Assembly (NCBI GenBank): GCA_965242535.1
Contig: OZ251458.1
Location: 4,294,525-4,358,524, forward strand
Origin: Candidatus Latescibacterota bacterium
GTDB taxonomy: Bacteria > Latescibacterota > UBA2968
DNA length: 64,000 nucleotides
Reading direction: 5' to 3'
Shown one piece after another: positions 58,911 through 64,000 of this stretch. Every line of letters starts with the position of its first letter. The first letter of the stretch is position 1. A program made the translations under genes and the position numbers. The notes under the pieces were generated by a model. That model was not told the DNA's origin. It made no database searches and saw only the letters and a list, made by a program, of their open reading frames with translations.

Positions 58911-59827
58911 AATGCACTCCTTTGGTTTGAAGGTGATGTTCCAAACAACGCCTGAAAAGCCCGCTTCGTTTTTTGCAACACGTCTTTGGGCAATGTTTCG
59001 CCATCCGAAATTTTCACATTCTCCGCGAGGTGATCCGCGTCGGTCGATCCCACGATGGCCGTACACACATCGGGATGCGACAGCGCGAAACGCAACGCGA
59101 ATTCGATCAAGGGCATGCCGCCCGCCAATTCTTTTAGGGGCATGAGCTGCGCGCGATCCCACGGATCGCCCATATACGCCCCATCTGGCCTCGCAGCCAT
59201 GAGATACACCCCATTTGCAATGGGTCGCTTGATGATCGTCCCGATATGTCGGGCGTGCAAAACGGGCATCAAATTTTCCGCGGATTCCTGATATAGCGCG
59301 TTGTAGGTAAATTCCTGCGTATCCAAATCCCACTTTGTCGCCGCCTCAGCCGCTATTGGGCCATCTGCCGACACGCCGACAAATCTCGCCCATCCCTTGG
59401 CCTTGGCTTCAAACAGCGCGTCAAACGCCGCGTTCCAATCGCTACCTTCACTCGGCAAGCCGTGAAATTGCACGATATCGATCACATCCATCTTCAGCTT
59501 TGATCGGCTCGTATCTATCGTCTGCAAAATGCCTTTGGGCGAATAATCCTTCACAGTCTCGCGCTTGCCGCCTTTGATCACTTGATAATCGCCGCACTTG
59601 GTGGCGAGGATAAATTCGTCTTTGCGATGGGCGATAAATTTCCCGATCCGCGATTCGCTGTCGCCATACATAGCAGCGGTATCTAGAAATGTGATGCCCA
59701 AATCGAGCGTGCGGTTTAGCACGGCTTCAACCTGCGCGTTGGGCAATGCGGGATTGCCGATTTGCGCGGCGCCGAAACCGATTTCCGACACTTGCAAGCC
59801 CGTCTCTCCCAATGTCCGAAATTTCAT
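58907..59827 (-). CDS. Aldo/keto reductase
   Basis: LGETGLQVSEIGFG, DTAAMYG.SE..IG, ATKCG, ALRF.LS.P. Confidence 0.92.
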   Translation of the reverse strand: MKFRTLGETGLQVSEIGFGAAQIGNPALPNAQVEAVLNRTLDLGITFLDTAAMYGDSESRIGKFIAHRKDEFILATKCGDYQVIKGGKRETVKDYSPKGILQTIDTSRSKLKMDVIDIVQFHGLPSEGSDWNAAFDALFEAKAKGWARFVGVSADGPIAAEAATKWDLDTQEFTYNALYQESAENLMPVLHARHIGTIIKRPIANGVYLMAARPDGAYMGDPWDRAQLMPLKELAGGMPLIEFALRFALSHPDVCTAIVGSTDADHLAENVKISDGETLPKDVLQKTKRAFQALFGTSPSNQRSAL

Positions 59828-60144
59828 GCCAGCCTCCAATGTGCCCGTGTGCCTACTTGCACGAGTCGTAAAAATGTCGTATATAATACGGCCAAACGCC
59901 GCTGAAATCACTAAAAAAACAATGGGATAAAATCATGCATACCCATGATAGCTTTTGATCAGTAGCCTCGCTTACGGGCCGTCCACGCGCCGGTCAATGA
60001 ATTGATTGTGATGAAAGACGGATCGCGGATTACACAGATTAAGGGATTAAAGGCGGATTAAAAACGAGAGTAGGGCAAAGGGCAGAGAGGCGGATGAAAG
60101 ATCGCGGAGGACGCGGAGGACGCAGATGAAAGGCGAGAAGCGGT

Positions 60145-60735
60145 GGTCATCGGTCAATCAGCCGCCAAGTCCCCATCAATTGTAGGGACAGGCCCCCGTG
60201 CCTGTCCGCGAATCCAGCGGTGAAACGATCAGGGGGCAGTCCACCCCAAAAACGGATCTCGGAGGTCGCACGATGAACGTACAGACAAAACCGCTCAATG
60301 ACATCACGCAACAGGCCCTTGCTTTATTGACCAAAGAACTCGGGATTGCGAACACCGTGCGTTTTCTCAATCAGTTTTCACCCGGTTATGGCGACTATAC
60401 TGTGGAACGGGACGCGCTGTTTGCAGATTTGACCCTCGACGAAATTCTCGCGGCGATCAAAAACCAGAAAGCAACCACAGATGAACACGGATGGCAGATC
60501 GCGGCGGAAAGAAGAAAATAGGGTAGCGGGTCATCGGTCCATCAGCCGCCATGCCCCATCAATCGTAGGGACAGGCCCCCGTGCCTGTCCGCGAATCCAG
60601 CGGCGAAACGATCAGCGACCATCGGGCCATCGGCCATGCCCCCATCAATCGTAGGGACAGGCCCCCGTGCCTGTCCGCGAATCCAGCGGGGAAACGATCA
60701 GCGAGCCATCGGGCCATCAGCCATGCCCCTATCGC
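60145..60735 (+). repeat. About 85-bp REP-containing direct repeats (60145-60232, 60529-60615, 60619-60701, partial at about 60705)
   Basis: CATCGG..ATC.GCC..CCCCATCAAT.GTAGGGACAGGCCCCCGTGCCTGTCCGCGAATCCAGCGG.GAAACGATCAG. Confidence 0.9.
60273..60521 (+). CDS. Small conserved protein, probable orphan antitoxin-like partner of PIN toxins
   Basis: L.KELG...T.RFL.QF..G.GDYT.ER motif; GGAGG RBS. Confidence 0.7.
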   Translation: MNVQTKPLNDITQQALALLTKELGIANTVRFLNQFSPGYGDYTVERDALFADLTLDEILAAIKNQKATTDEHGWQIAAERRK

Positions 60736-60845
60736 GTACGTAAGGGCGCAATGTACGTAAGGGCGTAAAATTTTACGCCCTTACGTACCCCCTATGTACC
60801 TCTTAAGTACGCCACACCCGTACAGGTCTGAAAAACGGAGATGCC

Positions 60846-61817
60846 ATGAATCAACTCATCTATCGAGACGGTCGGGCCATGCCCCTCGCGTCTGTGGCGG
60901 CGTGGGAAGAGAAGCGCGAGCGCGTTCTCGAGGCCGCGCAAGAAATTATGGGTCGCCTGCCGGGCGATGAGAAGCGGTGTCCGCTCGCGGTGGAGGTGGT
61001 CGAGGAAGTCGATTGCGGGAGCTATCTGCGGCGGTCGATCGCGTATGCGTCTGAACCCGGCAACCGGGCGCGGGCTTATGTGCTCATCCCAAAAGCCGCA
61101 CGGGATGGGCAGGCGCGTCCGGCGATCCTGTGTTTGCATCCCACGCACGCGGCGTTGGGATACAAGACGGTGGTGGGGCTGGGCGACCGTCCCAATCGCA
61201 GTTATGCCAGTGAATTGGCAGAGCGCGGGTTTGTCGCCCTGGCGCCGTCCTATCCGATGCTGGCAGACTATTGGCCCGATGTGTTTGGCTTGGGGTACGA
61301 AAGCGGCACGATGAAGGCGATTTGGGACAATGTGCGCGCGATTGATCTGCTGGAAACCCTGCCGTATGTCAAGCGCGGTCCCGTCGGCGCGATCGGGCAT
61401 TCCCTCGGCGGGCACAATGCGGTGTACACCGCGGTTTTCGAGCCGCGCATCGGCGTTGTGGTGTCGAGTTGCGGATTGGATTCGTACCTGGATTACAAAG
61501 ACGGCGATCTCGCCGGTTGGACGCAGGATCGGTATATGCCCAAGTTGCGGGAGTACGCCCATCGGCTGTGGGAGATCCCCTTTGATTTTCACGACTTGAT
61601 CGCGGCGTTGGCCCCTCGGCCGTGTTTTATTTGCGCGCCGTTGCGCGATAGCAATTTCAAATGGCAAAGCGTGGATGCCATCGCCCATGCCGCGTCTCGC
61701 GTGTACGCGCTCTACAACGCATCGGAAAATCTGACTGTGGCCCACCCCGATAGCGAACACGATTTTCCCGATGCCATGCGCGAGCGGGCGTATCGCGCGT
61801 TTGAAAAACATCTTTAG
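60846..61817 (+). CDS. Alpha/beta hydrolase (dienelactone hydrolase/acetylxylan esterase-like)
   Basis: ELAERGFV.LAP, GHSLGG, ALAPRP, H.FP. Confidence 0.88.
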   Translation: MNQLIYRDGRAMPLASVAAWEEKRERVLEAAQEIMGRLPGDEKRCPLAVEVVEEVDCGSYLRRSIAYASEPGNRARAYVLIPKAARDGQARPAILCLHPTHAALGYKTVVGLGDRPNRSYASELAERGFVALAPSYPMLADYWPDVFGLGYESGTMKAIWDNVRAIDLLETLPYVKRGPVGAIGHSLGGHNAVYTAVFEPRIGVVVSSCGLDSYLDYKDGDLAGWTQDRYMPKLREYAHRLWEIPFDFHDLIAALAPRPCFICAPLRDSNFKWQSVDAIAHAASRVYALYNASENLTVAHPDSEHDFPDAMRERAYRAFEKHL

Positions 61818-61830
61818 ATTTGGAGTTCCC

Positions 61831-63102
61831 ATGCAAAGCAAAGTCGCCGTTCTCCGCACTGCGCCGCGGACGGTTTTTGAAGACTACCATCGCCTGCTCA
61901 ATCTCGCGGATTATCGACAGGTGATTGCCAAAGACGTGGAAACCGCGCTCAAGATCAACATTTCCTGGCACTTCTTCTACCCCGGCAGTTCCACGACGCC
62001 GTGGCAACTCGACGGGGTCATCCGCGCGATGAAACGGGATGGCTACGATCAAAACCTCATTCACGGCTGCCACAACCGAACCGTGGTCATCGACGCGCAT
62101 TTGGGCGAGCGGGAAAACAAACACCTCCCGGTCGTCGAAGCGCACGGCATAAAAAATATCCATCTCTACGAGGGCGAAGAGTGGATCGACGTGCGCGATG
62201 CCGTGGGCGATCTGACCGAAAAATTTCTTTGCCTAAACCAGGTCTATCCCAAGGGCTTTCGGATTCCCAAACGCTTTCTCGGGGAAAACATCATCCACTT
62301 TCCCACGGTCAAAACCCACGTTTTTACCACCACCACAGGCGCGATGAAAAACGCCTTTGGCGGCCTGCTCAACGAGCGGCGGCACTGGACGCATCCCGTG
62401 ATTCACGAGACCCTGGTCGATCTGCTGATGATCCAACAAAAAATCCACCGCGGCGTCTTTGCCGTGATGGATGGCACGTTTGCAGGCGATGGGCCGGGGC
62501 CGCGCTGTATGATTCCGCATGCCAAAAACGTCATCCTCGCCAGCGCGGATCAGGTCGCCATCGACGCGGTCGCCGCCAAAATGATGGGCTTCGATCCCCT
62601 GTCGATCAAATACATCCGCCTCGCGCACGACCTCGGCCTCGGCTGCGGAGACCCCGCGCAAATCGAAATTGCCGGCGATGTGGAAGCCGCAAAAGAGAAT
62701 TGGCACTTTGTCGGCCCGTACGACAACATGACCTTCGCCTCAAAAATGCAGCACAAAATCTACTGGGGCCCCCTCAACAAGCCCATTGAATGGTCGCTCA
62801 AAACCATCCTCGCGCCGTGGGCTTACCTCGCTTCGGTGCTCTACCACGACAGCTTTTGGTATCCCTTTCTCGCCAAGTCCAAAATGCGAGACGTGCTCGC
62901 CAGCGACTGGGGCCGCCTCTTCCGCAACTGGGAACACCTCACCCCAGACGCGCGGGGTTTTTCCCATGTGGGCGATACCGCGTCCGAACTCAAAAAAACG
63001 GGCCTCCGCGCATTCCGCGATTCCCTCGGAATCTTGGGCACTTGCATCGCCGAAGCCCCCGAGTTCATCCGCACGCGCAGAAAAACCGCACACCGGGGAT
63101 AA
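61831..63102 (+). CDS. DUF362 domain protein
   Basis: LKINISW, PTVKTH..TTGAMKNAFG, MDGT..G.GPGP, D.VAID. Confidence 0.88.
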   Translation: MQSKVAVLRTAPRTVFEDYHRLLNLADYRQVIAKDVETALKINISWHFFYPGSSTTPWQLDGVIRAMKRDGYDQNLIHGCHNRTVVIDAHLGERENKHLPVVEAHGIKNIHLYEGEEWIDVRDAVGDLTEKFLCLNQVYPKGFRIPKRFLGENIIHFPTVKTHVFTTTTGAMKNAFGGLLNERRHWTHPVIHETLVDLLMIQQKIHRGVFAVMDGTFAGDGPGPRCMIPHAKNVILASADQVAIDAVAAKMMGFDPLSIKYIRLAHDLGLGCGDPAQIEIAGDVEAAKENWHFVGPYDNMTFASKMQHKIYWGPLNKPIEWSLKTILAPWAYLASVLYHDSFWYPFLAKSKMRDVLASDWGRLFRNWEHLTPDARGFSHVGDTASELKKTGLRAFRDSLGILGTCIAEAPEFIRTRRKTAHRG

Positions 63103-63173
63103 AGAGAACAGAGACGCACAGACACAAACAGGCGGATGATCGCGAAGACCATCCGCCCATTCTATTTTTGCAT

Positions 63174-63493
63174 AGAAGCCATCTAAAAACTCGGCCCGCC
63201 ATTGAGAGAGCCACAAAAGCATTCGCTTTTCGCAGATTAAAACCCAAGAATAAGGGCCTTTATTCCCCCTTTCCTGATAGGAAAGGGGGCTAGGGGGTTA
63301 GGTCCCGATAATTTTTAGATGGCTTCTTAGAAGCCATCTAAAAACTCGGCCCGCCATTGAGAGAGCCACAAAAGCATTCGCTTTTCCCAGGTCAAAACCC
63401 TACCTATCGCAAAAATAGGATGCCTTGATTCCCCCCTTCCTCGCAGGAAGGGGGGCTAGGGGGGTAGGTCCCAATAATTTTTAGACAGCTTCT
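63174..63493. mobile_element. Two tandem MITEs (about 155 and 165 bp) with 16-bp TIR AGAAGCCATCTAAAAA
   Basis: TIRs at 63174/63327 and 63329/63493; TTA at junctions; internal CCCCCTTCC..GGAAGGGGGCTAGGGGG hairpin. Confidence 0.8.
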
Positions 63494-63519
63494 TAGGCGA
63501 GGCGAGGAATGCCGACCGC

Positions 63520-64000
63520 TTATACCGTATAGTTTTCTTGCGAGTACGCACGGTTGCCGCCGGGGGGGCCGCCGATAGCCCATGTGCCTCGGAACAGGGA
63601 TTGGCGTTTGGGCGGCATGGTTGCGATGGTCTCATGGCTTAGGTTGAGGCGATGCCATTGCGCCCAAAGCGAGTTGTAGCAGTTAAACACCGCGCACCGC
63701 GGATTGGAGGTTTGCGTCCAGTCGTTCGCCGCGTGGACGAGGCTTTCGGTAAATATGACTACGGAGCCGGCCGGGCAAGTGTAATCCTCCATTGCCGCGC
63801 GCATGTTCTCCTCCCACGGCGAGTCGCCGATATTGGGCCGGTACGGATCCGGCCCCCCGTAGTTGAAATGCGCCTTGTGCGATCCGCTCAGAAAGGACGT
63901 GCCCCCTTTTCCGGCTTCTACGTCCTCGAGTTCCCACACCACGCGGGTCAGCCCCGAAAATATCTTTCCGCCCGCGACCTGATACCGCATGGCATTGGCC
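63520..64000 (-). CDS. PhyH family dioxygenase (5' end outside window)
   Basis: GGTSFLSGSHK, AGSVVIFTESLVH. Confidence 0.85.
   Translation of the reverse strand, partial: ANAMRYQVAGGKIFSGLTRVVWELEDVEAGKGGTSFLSGSHKAHFNYGGPDPYRPNIGDSPWEENMRAAMEDYTCPAGSVVIFTESLVHAANDWTQTSNPRCAVFNCYNSLWAQWHRLNLSHETIATMPPKRQSLFRGTWAIGGPPGGNRAYSQENYTV

Noticed and set aside
60145-60735. Possible CRISPR array
   Set aside because: Units are about 85 bp with irregular spacing, there are no unique spacers of uniform length, and no cas genes are present.

Overview
GC-rich (roughly 60%) bacterial chromosome segment. A secreted protein with an FlgD/T9SS-type C-terminal domain, the TonB receptors and several PhyH, Gfo and aldolase genes suggest an FCB-group lineage such as Latescibacterota/Gemmatimonadota; this is inference only. 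Housekeeping and metabolic genes include ccsA-sirC-hemA-hemC with a displaced cobA-hemD, anmK, thiI, ino1, prlC, mreBC, galU, asd, manA and two TonB-dependent receptors. Four things stand out. (1) An extended sigma54 phage-shock-like locus at 14-26 kb: pspA, small membrane and PspB-like genes, a DUF2807 lipoprotein, an ECF sigma factor, NfeD-flotillin, a soluble TPR histidine kinase, a receiver-PspF hybrid activator and a membrane PP2C phosphatase. A -24/-12 promoter and two phased TGG-N9-CCA boxes lie upstream of pspA. (2) A modular, strongly structured ~400-bp intergenic element in six copies, carrying nested micro-insertions. (3) A ~200-bp inverted repeat pair 40 kb apart whose recombination would rejoin hemC and cobA-hemD. 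(4) Intergenic spaces crowded with REP-like palindromes, 7-mer and 9-mer arrays, MITEs, direct-repeat-flanked small toxin-antitoxin genes and gene relics. No rRNA, tRNA, CRISPR array or intact transposase was seen. All family calls are from motif recognition, not database searches.
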